A stretch of DNA of 64,000 nt from Bacillota bacterium. Its GTDB lineage: Bacteria; Bacillota; Negativicutes; Sporomusales; CTSoil-080. The stretch's first letter is position 1; every line of letters begins with the position of its first letter. The DNA lies in NCBI GenBank assembly GCA_017889725.1, contig JAGGAE010000007.1:3860-67859 (forward strand). Reading direction: 5' to 3'. Both the position numbers and the translations under genes were made by a program. The notes beneath the pieces are model-generated. The model saw nothing but the letters and a program-made list of their open reading frames with translations. It was not told where the DNA came from and made no database searches. Below are positions 21,227 through 35,634 of this stretch, one piece after another.

Positions 21227-22912
21227 TTAAGCTTTAATGCCAGCCGCCGTTAATAAGTCGGGCGGTGAAGTGAATAACTCCAATCGTCGGACATCATTGA
21301 GCTTGACAAGAGCATTCTCGAAGACTGCCGACAGTGTTTCCACGGCAACCACTTCAATGCCGGCATCTTTATACATTTCCTGCCAATTTTCTTTGGGAAT
21401 AATGACTTTGTGTGCCCCTGCCTGCTTGGCTGCCGCAATTTTAGCCGTTACCCCGCCTACCGGTTTCACAAAGCCGCGGATGGACATTTCTCCGGTCATA
21501 ACCACGGTATTATCCACCGGAATATTGTTTACACCCGAATAAATTGCTGTAGCGACGGTAATGCCGGCAGAAGGCCCGTCAATAGGTCCTCCACCTGGGA
21601 AGTTTACATGTACATCATATTGGGAAAAATCAATGCCAAACTGGCTGGTCAAAACGGTAAGTACATTATCTAACGACCCTTTAGCCATACTTTTACGCCG
21701 CATGGTGCGTCCCGGCGTGCCGATTTCTTCTTCTTCGACCACCCCGGTAATTCTGACTATACCTTTACCTTGCGGATTAGGTCGTACAGAAGCCTCAATT
21801 TCAATAGTCGTACCGATATTCGCCCCATATACCGCTAACCCGTTAACAAATCCCACCTGCGGCTTCCCTGTAATCTTCTTTTCCGGACGCGGATTGTATT
21901 GGCCAAAGTTTACTACCCATTCCACATCAGCAACAGTAATTTGCGGACGATTGTCATTAAGCACCAGTCCTGCGGCAATTTGCACGACATTGACAGCTTC
22001 ACGCCCGTTTGTGGCATAGCGCTTAATAACTTCGACCGCCCCATCGTCAATACCAACGTTGACTTTGCGCGCTGCATTCATAGAAATTAACCCGATTTCA
22101 TCCGGCAATAAGGGCCGAAAGAATATCTCTACACATCTTGACCGAATAGCCGGCGAGATATCCTGCGGCATGCAGGTTGTTGCCCCAATAAGCCGAAAAT
22201 CGGCCGGTAACCCGTTTTGAAAAATATCGTGAATATGTGTGGGTATGTTTAAATCTTCACTGCTATAGTACGAGCTTTCCAAAAATACTTTACGGTCCTC
22301 CAGCACTTTCAATAGTTTATTCATTTGTACAGGGTGAAGTTCGCCAATTTCGTCGATAAATAATACTCCGCCATGAGCTTTTGTTACTGCCCCAGGCTTA
22401 GGCTGCGGAATGCCTGCAATGCCAAGCGGCCCAGCCCCTTGATAAATAGGATCATGGACAGTGCCTATCAATGGATCGGCAATTCCCCGTTCATCAAACC
22501 GCGCTGTTGTGGCATCGAGCTCGATAAACTTAGCGTCCCCGTTAAATGGCGACAGCGAATTGAGTTTTGCTTCTTCCAGCACTAATCTAGCGGTAGCCGT
22601 CTTACCCACTCCAGGGGGCCCATATACAATAACGTGTTGAGGATTGGGTCCGCACAATGCCGCCCTGAGCGCTTTCAGCCCCTCTTCCTGGCCTACGATC
22701 TCACGAAAGGTATTTGGTCGCGTTCTTTCTGAAAGCGGCTCTGTTAATGATATTTCGCGCAGTCTTTGCAACTTATCCATTTCCTTTTTGGATTCCCGTT
22801 CCACCGCCACTCGGGTACCTTGTTGTGAGCGGAGAAGATTCCAGAAATAGAGCCCAATGACGATGGCGAAAAAAAACTGGATCAAAGTAATCAAATTTAC
22901 GGCGTAATCCAC
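21227..22912 (-). CDS. lonB: membrane-anchored Lon-like protease LonB (sporulation-type)
   Basis: 561 aa. N-terminal [34 protein letters not shown]. Near-collinear with Bacillus LonB and in the clpX-lonB-lon position. Confidence 0.85.
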   Translation of the reverse strand: MDYAVNLITLIQFFFAIVIGLYFWNLLRSQQGTRVAVERESKKEMDKLQRLREISLTEPLSERTRPNTFREIVGQEEGLKALRAALCGPNPQHVIVYGPPGVGKTATARLVLEEAKLNSLSPFNGDAKFIELDATTARFDERGIADPLIGTVHDPIYQGAGPLGIAGIPQPKPGAVTKAHGGVLFIDEIGELHPVQMNKLLKVLEDRKVFLESSYYSSEDLNIPTHIHDIFQNGLPADFRLIGATTCMPQDISPAIRSRCVEIFFRPLLPDEIGLISMNAARKVNVGIDDGAVEVIKRYATNGREAVNVVQIAAGLVLNDNRPQITVADVEWVVNFGQYNPRPEKKITGKPQVGFVNGLAVYGANIGTTIEIEASVRPNPQGKGIVRITGVVEEEEIGTPGRTMRRKSMAKGSLDNVLTVLTSQFGIDFSQYDVHVNFPGGGPIDGPSAGITVATAIYSGVNNIPVDNTVVMTGEMSIRGFVKPVGGVTAKIAAAKQAGAHKVIIPKENWQEMYKDAGIEVVAVETLSAVFENALVKLNDVRRLELFTSPPDLLTAAGIKA

Positions 22913-23029
22913 TTTTCCAGCCTCCTTTCACAGCATCTAAGTGTGACTTTAGTATAGGCAAAAGACACTATTTTATCCCAGTGCACTTCCGCCAGATTTC
23001 GGCTGTTCTGTAAGAAAACACCTGTCCTT

Positions 23030-23071
23030 TACGTCAATAAAACGGAAACGTTCCGGCTAAGCCGGAACGTT
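23030..23071 (-). terminator. terminator after clpX
   Basis: Stem aacgttccggc / gccggaacgtt, followed on the minus strand by a T-rich tract. Confidence 0.6.
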
Positions 23072-23076
23072 ATTGG

Positions 23077-24339
23077 TTACGCAGATTCTTCTTTTTTCTT
23101 GGTCTTTCGGTCTATAGTAACCATCATAGGCTCTTCTTTATTCTGTACAACTTCCTTGGTTACAATGCATTTTGCAACATCATTACGCGACGGCACATCG
23201 TACATTACATTGCGCATAATGCTCTCGATAATAGCCCGAAGGCCCCGCGCACCCGTATTGCGCTTCAAAGCCTCTTCAACAATGGCTTTGAGAGCCTCTT
23301 CCTTAAACTCAAGCTGCACATTATCGATTTCAAGGAATTTCTGATACTGCTTAACCAGAGCATTCTTAGGCTCAGTCAGAATACGGACGAGAGCCGCCTC
23401 GTCGAGTGCGTCCAGCGTAACAATTACCGGAAGCCGTCCGACAAATTCGGGAATTAAGCCAAACTTCAGCAAGTCTTCCGGCAAAATATGCCGCAATACT
23501 TCGCCTAGTATTCTTTTTTCCTTGCTCTTGACTTCGGCACCAAAACCCATTGTCTTCTTACCGGTACGCGAGCCAATAATTTTGTCAACACCATCGAAAG
23601 CGCCACCACAAATAAATAAAATGTTGGTGGTATCAATTTGGATAAATTCCTGATGCGGATGCTTACGTCCTCCTTGTGGGGGAACGCTGGCAACAGTACC
23701 CTCTAAAATTTTCAGAAGTGCCTGCTGCACACCTTCACCGGAAACATCACGGGTAATCGACGGATTTTCCGATTTGCGGGCAATTTTATCAACTTCGTCG
23801 ATATAGACAATTCCCTTTTCAGCTTTCTCCACATCATAATCGGCCGCTTGAATGAGCTTGAGCAAAATATTCTCCACATCTTCGCCGACATATCCCGCTT
23901 CCGTCAATGAAGTAGCGTCTGCAATAGCAAAGGGAACATTTAATAATTTGGCCAGCGTTTGCGCCAGCAGCGTTTTACCACTGCCGGTTGGTCCAAGCAT
24001 AATTATATTGGACTTCTGCAATTCAACATCGTCTACTTTGGACCCCATGTTAATCCGCTTATAATGGTTGTAAACAGCCACTGCAAGCGTCTTTTTTGCT
24101 TCGTCTTGGCCAATAACATATTGATCAAGGATATCCTTTATTTCTTTCGGTTTGGGGATATCCCTAAGTTCGAGCTCGACATCATCACTCAGTTCTTCCT
24201 CAATTATCTCGTTACACAGTTCGATGCACTCATCACAAATATAAACACCAGGACCAGCTACCAGCTTCTTTACTTGCTCTTGCAACTTACCACAAAACGA
24301 ACATTTGAGTTGGCCCCTGTCATCCCCAAACTTCAACAT
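23077..24339 (-). CDS. clpX: ATP-dependent Clp protease ATP-binding subunit ClpX
   Basis: N-terminal Zn finger CSFCGK...CDEC, Walker A GPTGSGKT, 420 aa. Confidence 0.95.
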   Translation of the reverse strand: MLKFGDDRGQLKCSFCGKLQEQVKKLVAGPGVYICDECIELCNEIIEEELSDDVELELRDIPKPKEIKDILDQYVIGQDEAKKTLAVAVYNHYKRINMGSKVDDVELQKSNIIMLGPTGSGKTLLAQTLAKLLNVPFAIADATSLTEAGYVGEDVENILLKLIQAADYDVEKAEKGIVYIDEVDKIARKSENPSITRDVSGEGVQQALLKILEGTVASVPPQGGRKHPHQEFIQIDTTNILFICGGAFDGVDKIIGSRTGKKTMGFGAEVKSKEKRILGEVLRHILPEDLLKFGLIPEFVGRLPVIVTLDALDEAALVRILTEPKNALVKQYQKFLEIDNVQLEFKEEALKAIVEEALKRNTGARGLRAIIESIMRNVMYDVPSRNDVAKCIVTKEVVQNKEEPMMVTIDRKTKKKEESA

Positions 24340-24351
24340 ATCCTCACCTCT

Positions 24352-24957
24352 TTACTTGGAATTCTCCTTACCCCTTTCATTACGTCGCACTACGGCATCA
24401 ATGATGCCATACTCTACCGCCTGCTCACTGGACATAAAGAAATCTCGTTCCACATCGCGCTGAATTTTTTCCAGCGTCTGTCCTGTGTGGCGAACAAAAA
24501 TATCATTGCCCAATTCGCGCAAGTGCAAGATTTCCCGGGCTTGAATTTCTATATCGGTAGCCTGTCCCTGAGCGCCGCCATGCGGTTGATGAATCATTAT
24601 CCGGGAATTGGGTAACGCATACCTTTTCCCTTTTGCTCCTGCGGTCAGTAGTATCGAAGCCATACTTGCAGCCATTCCCATACAAATGGTAGACACATCC
24701 GGCTTAATATACTGCATGGTATCATAAATAGCCAGCCCAGAATAAACAACACCGCCCGGGCTATTGATATACAGATGTATATCTTTGTCAGGGTCTTCGG
24801 ATTCCAAAAATAAGAGCTGGGCAACCACAACATTTGCTACATTGTCATCAATAGGTCCGCCAATAAACACGATTCGGTCTTTTAACAGACGAGAATAAAT
24901 ATCATAGGCCCGCTCACCGCGATTAGACTGTTCAACAACAACAGGTACAAAATTCAT
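24352..24957 (-). CDS. clpP: ATP-dependent Clp protease proteolytic subunit
   Basis: 201 aa. Catalytic-Ser context [10 protein letters not shown] and IMIHQP His motif. Confidence 0.95.
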   Translation of the reverse strand: MNFVPVVVEQSNRGERAYDIYSRLLKDRIVFIGGPIDDNVANVVVAQLLFLESEDPDKDIHLYINSPGGVVYSGLAIYDTMQYIKPDVSTICMGMAASMASILLTAGAKGKRYALPNSRIMIHQPHGGAQGQATDIEIQAREILHLRELGNDIFVRHTGQTLEKIQRDVERDFFMSSEQAVEYGIIDAVVRRNERGKENSK

Positions 24958-25021
24958 TTTTAAACACCTCGGTCCCTCAGCATAATCATATCTTATACTA
25001 TTCTATTGCATCGGAATAGGG

Positions 25022-26311
25022 TTATTCCGTAACAACTGAATTAATAACAACCTCAGCTGCTTTTTTACGCAGGATGGATTTGGTAAGTGACTCAATCCGA
25101 CCTTCTTGGATAATAATACGTTTTACTTCTTCCGCCGGTGCCTGGTAGGCCGCCGCCATAATGGCGATTTCAGCGTCTAAATCTTCCACACTTGCTTCCA
25201 ACCCTTCGGCTTTAACGATGGCATCTAAAAGAAGTTCGGTTTTAACACTGTTTTTCGCAGCTTCCTGATAGTTTTCCCTCATGGTTTCCATCGTGGTATT
25301 CGTAAATTCCAAATAACGGTTTAGATTCATACCACTATTCTGGAGACGGATATCCATATCCTGGATCATATGGTCAATTTGGCTTTCCACCATGACTTCA
25401 GGAATATCTACTGTTGCGTTATCCACTGCCGCCTGAACAGCATTAGCGCGAAGCGTCCGCTCCACTTTATCCTCAGCCGCTTTTAAAAGATTATTCCTTA
25501 CATCAGCCTTTAATTCCTCTACGGTATTAAATTCTCCGATGTCTTTTACAAATTCGTCGTCAAGATCAGGTATTTCCTTTCTCTTGACATCGGTTACTTT
25601 TACCTTAAATACGGCTGCTTTTCCAGCCAGCGGTTTTGCATGGTAATCTTCCGGGAAAGTAACGTTTACGTCGAGTTCATCCCCCGCTTTTGCACCAATC
25701 AGTTGGTCTTCAAAACCAGGAATGAAAGCACCAGCGCCGATTTCCAGCGGATATCCCTTGCCGCCGCCGCCTTCGAAGGCTTCGCCGTCCATAAATCCTT
25801 CAAAATCGATAATGGCAAAGTCGCCTTTCGCAATAACCGCATTCTCGGCAACAACCATTTTAGCATGACGATTGCGCAGTACATCGATTTGTTTATCAAC
25901 CTCAGCCTCGTCCACTTCTGCTGAAGGCTTTTCCACTTTTAAACCTTTGTACTCGCCCACCGTAATTTCCGGTTTCGCAATCACAGTAGCTTTAAAGACA
26001 AGCGGTTGATCTTCGGTAAATGTTACTACTTCAAGATCCGGTCTGGCTACAGGCTCAATATTTTGCTCTTTAAGAGCTTCAATATAGGCTTGAGGTGCAA
26101 TAATATCAAACGCTTCGTCTAATAATGCGTCCTTGCCAAGACGCATTTCCAGCACCTTGCGCGGCACTTTACCTTTACGAAATCCAGGTATATTTACTTT
26201 ACCAGCCAGTCGTTGGTATGCCTTATTAATCGCCTTTGCCACTTCAGGCTGCGGAATTTCTAGCTCCAACACCGTTTTATGGGCATCTAATTTCTCTGCT
26301 GTAACCTTCAT
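25022..26311 (-). CDS. tig: trigger factor
   Basis: 429 aa. Ribosome-binding GFRKGKVP motif and a central FKBP-type PPIase region. Confidence 0.95.
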   Translation of the reverse strand: MKVTAEKLDAHKTVLELEIPQPEVAKAINKAYQRLAGKVNIPGFRKGKVPRKVLEMRLGKDALLDEAFDIIAPQAYIEALKEQNIEPVARPDLEVVTFTEDQPLVFKATVIAKPEITVGEYKGLKVEKPSAEVDEAEVDKQIDVLRNRHAKMVVAENAVIAKGDFAIIDFEGFMDGEAFEGGGGKGYPLEIGAGAFIPGFEDQLIGAKAGDELDVNVTFPEDYHAKPLAGKAAVFKVKVTDVKRKEIPDLDDEFVKDIGEFNTVEELKADVRNNLLKAAEDKVERTLRANAVQAAVDNATVDIPEVMVESQIDHMIQDMDIRLQNSGMNLNRYLEFTNTTMETMRENYQEAAKNSVKTELLLDAIVKAEGLEASVEDLDAEIAIMAAAYQAPAEEVKRIIIQEGRIESLTKSILRKKAAEVVINSVVTE

Positions 26312-26445
26312 CTATGGAAATCCCCCTTATTAAATTACCGTTCCCTATTGCTAGTATTACCAATAATGGAACAAATGTTCAGGTTTCCCCGAATATGCCG
26401 TGAATTAAATAATACCATAAATATTTTACAAAAACAAGAGACAGG

Positions 26446-26485
26446 CAAAAACCCCCCGGGGAGATATCTCTGCCGGGGGTTCTTT
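26446..26485 (-). terminator. terminator downstream of tRNA-Gly
   Basis: GC-rich hairpin (aaccccccgg...ccgggggtt) followed on the minus strand by TTTTG. Confidence 0.6.
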
Positions 26486-26493
26486 CTACTTTA

Positions 26494-26568
26494 TGGAGCG
26501 GAAAACGAGATTCGAACTCGCGACCCTCGCCTTGGCAAGGCGATGCTCTACCGCTGAGCTATTTCCGC
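26494..26568 (-). tRNA. tRNA-Gly (anticodon GCC), CCA encoded
   Basis: Reverse complement is GCGGAAATAGCTCAGCGGTAGAGCATCGCCTTGCCAAGGCGAGGGTCGCGAGTTCGAATCTCGTTTTCCGCTCCA. It folds as a cloverleaf with anticodon loop TTGCCAA and a GTTCGAATC T-loop. Confidence 0.93.
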
Positions 26569-26744
26569 ATCAAATTATATTACATCTAAGACATTAATAA
26601 TATATAACATATTTCCAGTGTTGTCAACATAATACGCCTAATACGCCTTTTTCATCATTGTTTGTGGAGTATGATCATTTTATAGCGGCACCCCTTCCCC
26701 ACATGCAGCATATCATGTAAAAAATAATCTAAGGGGGGCTGGTT

Positions 26745-28037
26745 TTGTATTATCGGCTGCAAAATTACTGTAAGCTGGTGCGGGGGGCAAAACGAGGAGC
26801 TATTTACAACCTGCAGACCGGCAAGGTACACTCGATAAATCACGGAGCCTTAGAACTGCTTACTGCCTGCAACGCCCAACAGCTGGAGGATTTTCTTGAT
26901 TTACAAGCTGATGAGGACAAAGCCTATGCAGACTTTCTTCATCGTTTAACAGAAGTTGGTCTCGGTTCTTTTTTTATTAATGAACCGACAAAAGGCAACG
27001 AACCTCTCCCCTCCCCGCAGGCGGCGAAGCTTGATTTTTTATGGCTGGAACTTACCAGCGACTGCAACAATCAATGTCTGCATTGTTACGCAACGAGCGG
27101 CCCGTGCACAAACACCGATTGTGTTCCTCATGAAAGATGGCTGTCTTTACTTACAGAAGCCCGAGCGGCAGGAGCAACCGCCGTTCAGCTCATCGGCGGT
27201 GAACCACTTCTTTATAAAGGCTGGCGGGAACTGATCGAAAAAGCCGGCGAGGAAAAATACGACTTTATTGAAGTTTTCAGTAATGCCACTCTAGTAACAG
27301 AGGATGATATTGCTTTTTTAAAGCAACACCATGTTAATTTTGCGACAACCATTTACGCTGATAACGCAGAAGTCCACGATGCGGTCACATTAAACCCAGG
27401 TAGTTTTGATAAAACCCTCACTGCAGCAAAAAAGATATTAGCCGCCGGCATTCCTTTGCGCATCGCATCCATAATAATGAAAGCCAATGAACATCAAGCG
27501 GAAAATATTATGCAGTTATGCGCCAGCCTCGGAGTTGAAGTTACCCCGCCGGATGTGGTGCGACCGACAGGACGCGGAGATGATGCCGGTCTACTGCCTA
27601 GAGCCTATGCCAAACAGCCCGTCAAACCGCCTTTCTATACAGATCCTTTTTCTTTCGCAAAAGCCCATCAACAGCACAGCTGTTTATGTGGCAAAATTGC
27701 GATTACCTCAAGCGGCGATGTTATCCCCTGTATTTTCGCCCGCAACCAAATCTCGGGCAACATATTAAGCACCCCCCTTGCTGAAGTACTTAACGGTCCA
27801 ATATTAAAATCCTGCTGGCAAACCACTAAAGACGAAATAGAAAAGTGCAAGGATTGCGAGTATCGCTATGCATGTACCGACTGCCGCCCGCTTGCTCAAG
27901 GCTCCGATCCTCAAAAGCGCTGGCTGGCATGTTCTGCGGAATGCTCTTATAATCCCCACACAGGAGAATGGAAGGAGGCCGATTTATGTCCGAAGGCAGC
28001 AAGTACAAACCACCCAAATGGCAGCGTCCCGAATTAA
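26745..28037 (+). CDS. radical SAM / SPASM-domain peptide-modifying enzyme with an N-terminal RRE-like (PqqD-like) region
   Basis: 430 aa, TTG start after AAGGGGGG. CxxxCxxC (CNNQCLHC) at about residue 107, GGEPLL. SPASM cysteines CLCGK...GDVIPC and CKDCEYRYACTDC. The first ~100 aa precede the rSAM core, as in RiPP recognition elements. Confidence 0.85.
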   Translation: MYYRLQNYCKLVRGAKRGAIYNLQTGKVHSINHGALELLTACNAQQLEDFLDLQADEDKAYADFLHRLTEVGLGSFFINEPTKGNEPLPSPQAAKLDFLWLELTSDCNNQCLHCYATSGPCTNTDCVPHERWLSLLTEARAAGATAVQLIGGEPLLYKGWRELIEKAGEEKYDFIEVFSNATLVTEDDIAFLKQHHVNFATTIYADNAEVHDAVTLNPGSFDKTLTAAKKILAAGIPLRIASIIMKANEHQAENIMQLCASLGVEVTPPDVVRPTGRGDDAGLLPRAYAKQPVKPPFYTDPFSFAKAHQQHSCLCGKIAITSSGDVIPCIFARNQISGNILSTPLAEVLNGPILKSCWQTTKDEIEKCKDCEYRYACTDCRPLAQGSDPQKRWLACSAECSYNPHTGEWKEADLCPKAASTNHPNGSVPN

Positions 28038-28273
28038 CAGGGCATACTCATACTAAGCAAGGTAAAGTTAGCGGCAGAGGCCCCATTGGCTGCCCGCCTA
28101 CAGCAACTCCATGTCCGCCAAATTGTCCTCCGGTATATCCCCCTCCGCCTTGCTGCTATCCCGAAAGCGGCCATGTTCAGTGTAACCCGGCTACAGTATG
28201 CCGCCCCCGTTGCCATCCTTCTTATCCGCCGCCTTACTGTTATCCAAGCAGCGTCTGCCCCCCGACAAGGTAA
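27986..28273 (+). CDS. Cys/Pro-rich 95-aa peptide, candidate RiPP precursor (35-aa leader-like part, 60-aa core-like part)
   Basis: ATG lies 7 nt after GGAAGGAGG and overlaps the rSAM gene by 52 nt in another frame. Sequence MSEGSKYKPPKWQRPELTGHTHTKQGKVSGRGPIG-CPPTATPCPPNCPPVYPPPPCCYPESGHVQCNPATVCRPRCHPSYPPPYCYPSSVCPPTR. A hairpin follows the stop. Confidence 0.6.
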   Translation: MSEGSKYKPPKWQRPELTGHTHTKQGKVSGRGPIGCPPTATPCPPNCPPVYPPPPCCYPESGHVQCNPATVCRPRCHPSYPPPYCYPSSVCPPTR

Positions 28274-28281
28274 TAATGCAA

Positions 28282-28319
28282 AAAGACCGGCTAACAAGTT
28301 TCCTTGCTAGCCGGCCTTT
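28282..28319. terminator. hairpin shared by the convergent Cys/Pro-peptide gene and eno
   Basis: Stem aaagaccggctaacaag / cttgctagccggccttt (2 mismatches). A T-run is present on the minus (eno) side. Confidence 0.6.
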
Positions 28320-28324
28320 ATCGT

Positions 28325-31158
<2,834 letters not shown>

Positions 31159-31245
31159 GCTACCCCTCCATCCAAGATGTTACGCCACCACCAACGTTTA
31201 GCTACGCAACATCTTCTTGTTGTTCATTTCTTTCTTCAACCCTGA

Positions 31246-31992
31246 CTAGTATTTGATAAGTTTAACAAAACTGGCTGCTTCCAGGCTGGCGCCGCCTACC
31301 AAAGCCCCGTCTATATCACTTTTGTTCATAAGCTCCCGGATGTTATCCGGCTTTACACTGCCGCCGTATTGAATACGCACATTTTCCGCCGCTTGGGAAC
31401 CAATTACCTGCGCGATAGTCCGGCGAATAAAGGCACATACTGCGTTCGCATCATCGCTGGATGCGGTTCTTCCTGTGCCAATGGCCCAAATAGGTTCATA
31501 AGCAATTACCATAGCCCCTACCTGTTCAGCCGTCAGATCGAGAAGCCCCTTTCTGACTTGCTCTTCCACAACAGCTTCCGTGTCCCCTTTTTCTCTCTGT
31601 TCAAGGGTTTCACCCACACACATTATGGGAATGATATCATGGACGAAGGCCGCTTTCAACTTATTATTTACCGTAGCATCCGTTTCAGCAAAATACTGGC
31701 GACGCTCGGAATGACCAATAATGACATATTTACAGCCAACATCCTTGAGCATGACCGGCGATACTTCCCCTGTAAATGCGCCTTGCTCCTGCCAGTGCAT
31801 ATTCTGCGCACCATACTGAATTTTCCCTTTTGCTAAATCGCGCACGGCATAAAGCGCAGTGAACGGCGGACAGATTACTGTCTCAACTTTATCAGCTCCG
31901 CCAATAAGGCCACTCAATTCTTCCACAAAAGAAACTGACTGGGATACTGTTTTATGCATTTTCCAGTTACCTGCTATAATAGGCTTGCGCAT
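31246..31992 (-). CDS. tpiA: triose-phosphate isomerase
   Basis: 248 aa. AGNWKMH, GHSERR and [11 protein letters not shown] motifs. Confidence 0.95.
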   Translation of the reverse strand: MRKPIIAGNWKMHKTVSQSVSFVEELSGLIGGADKVETVICPPFTALYAVRDLAKGKIQYGAQNMHWQEQGAFTGEVSPVMLKDVGCKYVIIGHSERRQYFAETDATVNNKLKAAFVHDIIPIMCVGETLEQREKGDTEAVVEEQVRKGLLDLTAEQVGAMVIAYEPIWAIGTGRTASSDDANAVCAFIRRTIAQVIGSQAAENVRIQYGGSVKPDNIRELMNKSDIDGALVGGASLEAASFVKLIKY

Positions 31993-32007
31993 GGAAAAAC
32001 CTCCTTG

Positions 32008-33192
32008 CTATTTATCGTTAATTGCGGCAATACCCGGCAGTACTTTGCCTTCTAAAAATTCAAGAGATGCCCCGCCACCAGTAGAAATGTGGCTAATTTC
32101 TTTCTGAACGCCTACTTTTTCAATAGCCGCAATAGAATCGCCGCCCCCAACAACACTAACAGCCTCAGAAGCCGCAACTGCTTTTGCTACTGCTTCGGTT
32201 CCTTTAGCAAACACATCCATTTCGAATACACCCATGGGTCCGTTCCAAACAATAAGTTTAGCATCTTTCACGGCTGCAGCATAAGCTTTACTAGTATCAG
32301 GGCCAATGTCAAGTGCCATCCAATCGCCAGGAATATTGTTGATAGAAACCGCTTTCGATGCCGCATCTGCTGCAAATTGGTCAGCAACCACTACATCGGT
32401 CGGTAACAGCAAGGAAACACCGCGTTTTTTTGCATCTTCGATAAGCGAACGGGCCAAATCAAGTTTATCTTCTTCTACCAGAGATTTGCCGGTAACATAT
32501 CCTTGAGCCGCAATAAAGGTATTGGCCATACCGCCGCCAATAATGAGGGTATCCACTTTCGCCAGTAGATTACCGATTACACCAATTTTATCGGATACTT
32601 TCGCGCCACCGATGATCGCAACGTAAGGATGAGAAGGACTAGAAACCGCCTGTCCCAGGAAATTAATTTCCTTTTCCATCAGGAACCCGGCTACCGCAGG
32701 CAGATATTTTGTGATCCCCTCTACCGACGCATGCGCCCTGTGGGATACGCCAAAGGCGTCATTGACAAAAACTTCTGCCAATTTCGCTAGCTTAGCCGCA
32801 AAATCGGCGTTATTTTTTTCTTCTTCAGCATGAAAACGCAAGTTTTCCAGCAATACTACCTGTCCGCTTTTCAGCTCAGCCGCTTTCGCTTCGGCTTTCG
32901 GACCAACACATTCATCAACAAACTGTACTTCTTTTCCCAAAAGTTCGCCCAATCTTTTGGCTACAGGTAACAAGGTGTATTGAGGCGCAACGGTTCCTTT
33001 CGGACGTCCTAAGTGACTGGCAAGTACTACAGCCGCATTTTTACTTAACAAATACTCAATAGTAGGAAGCGTTGCCCGTATACGGGTATCATCAGTTATG
33101 TTTCCGCTTTTATCCAGCGGTACATTGTAGTCCACCCTAACCAACACTTTTTTGCCCGTTACTTCAATATCCCGCATTGTTTTTTTATTCAT
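32008..33192 (-). CDS. pgk: phosphoglycerate kinase
   Basis: [17 protein letters not shown] and C-terminal [14 protein letters not shown]. Start ATG 33190-33192 after GGAGG. Confidence 0.95.
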   Translation of the reverse strand: MNKKTMRDIEVTGKKVLVRVDYNVPLDKSGNITDDTRIRATLPTIEYLLSKNAAVVLASHLGRPKGTVAPQYTLLPVAKRLGELLGKEVQFVDECVGPKAEAKAAELKSGQVVLLENLRFHAEEEKNNADFAAKLAKLAEVFVNDAFGVSHRAHASVEGITKYLPAVAGFLMEKEINFLGQAVSSPSHPYVAIIGGAKVSDKIGVIGNLLAKVDTLIIGGGMANTFIAAQGYVTGKSLVEEDKLDLARSLIEDAKKRGVSLLLPTDVVVADQFAADAASKAVSINNIPGDWMALDIGPDTSKAYAAAVKDAKLIVWNGPMGVFEMDVFAKGTEAVAKAVAASEAVSVVGGGDSIAAIEKVGVQKEISHISTGGGASLEFLEGKVLPGIAAINDK

Positions 33193-33247
33193 ATTCACGC
33201 CTCCAAAAAGGGCCACATAATGTGACCCTCTTTTTTATTTACTACTT

Positions 33248-35309
<2,062 letters not shown>

Positions 35310-35321
35310 GGCTTTTCTCCA

Positions 35322-35372
35322 CTGGTCTTATTTCGTCCCGCCTACTAGAACATATATTGTCCCACTAGAGAC
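35322..35372 (-). promoter_or_regulatory. candidate CggR operator, proximal pair of CGGGAC-type repeats
   Basis: Minus strand reads TGGGAC-N6-TGTT-N8-CGGGAC-N6-AGAC, immediately upstream of the cggR start. It resembles the Bacillus CGGGAC-N6-TGTC direct-repeat operator. Confidence 0.55.
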
Positions 35373-35460
35373 ACAATATACCTACATAAAAAAGTTTACC
35401 TAGCTAATCGCTTTTTACTCATTGTAAATGGAAAGAGGAAACTTCTCACAATACGGTGAG

Positions 35461-35510
35461 GGTCTTATCTTGTCCCGGGGAGCGATTCGTTTCATGTCCC
35501 GCTAACTGCA
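35461..35510 (-). promoter_or_regulatory. candidate CggR operator, distal pair of CGGGAC repeats
   Basis: Minus strand reads CGGGAC-N6-CGAA-N8-CGGGAC-N6-AGAC. The architecture is the same as the proximal pair, with the same 24-nt repeat offset. Confidence 0.5.
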
Positions 35511-35634
35511 CAACAAAACTTTTTCTCTATATGATTTCGCTATTGCTTTTTTTATTCCTGCTTTCTATACAACTTTTTTAGAAACTTTTTCGTTGCCAAC
35601 TTCGCTGTATCTCAATACACCATAAAGCTTTTGC

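Noticed and set aside
28034-28310. ORFs 28034-28297 (minus, Arg-rich) and 28086-28310 (plus) overlap the Cys/Pro-rich ORF
   Set aside because: They are open only because the tract is compositionally biased (CCN/TGY codons). Neither has a convincing SD plus start or any protein-level repeat structure. The Cys/Pro frame has both.
26494-28324. Genomic island or prophage integrated at tRNA-Gly
   Set aside because: There is no integrase, no direct repeat of the tRNA 3' end, and the cassette lies on the 5' side of the tRNA. Only the weaker 'accessory insertion' statement is retained.
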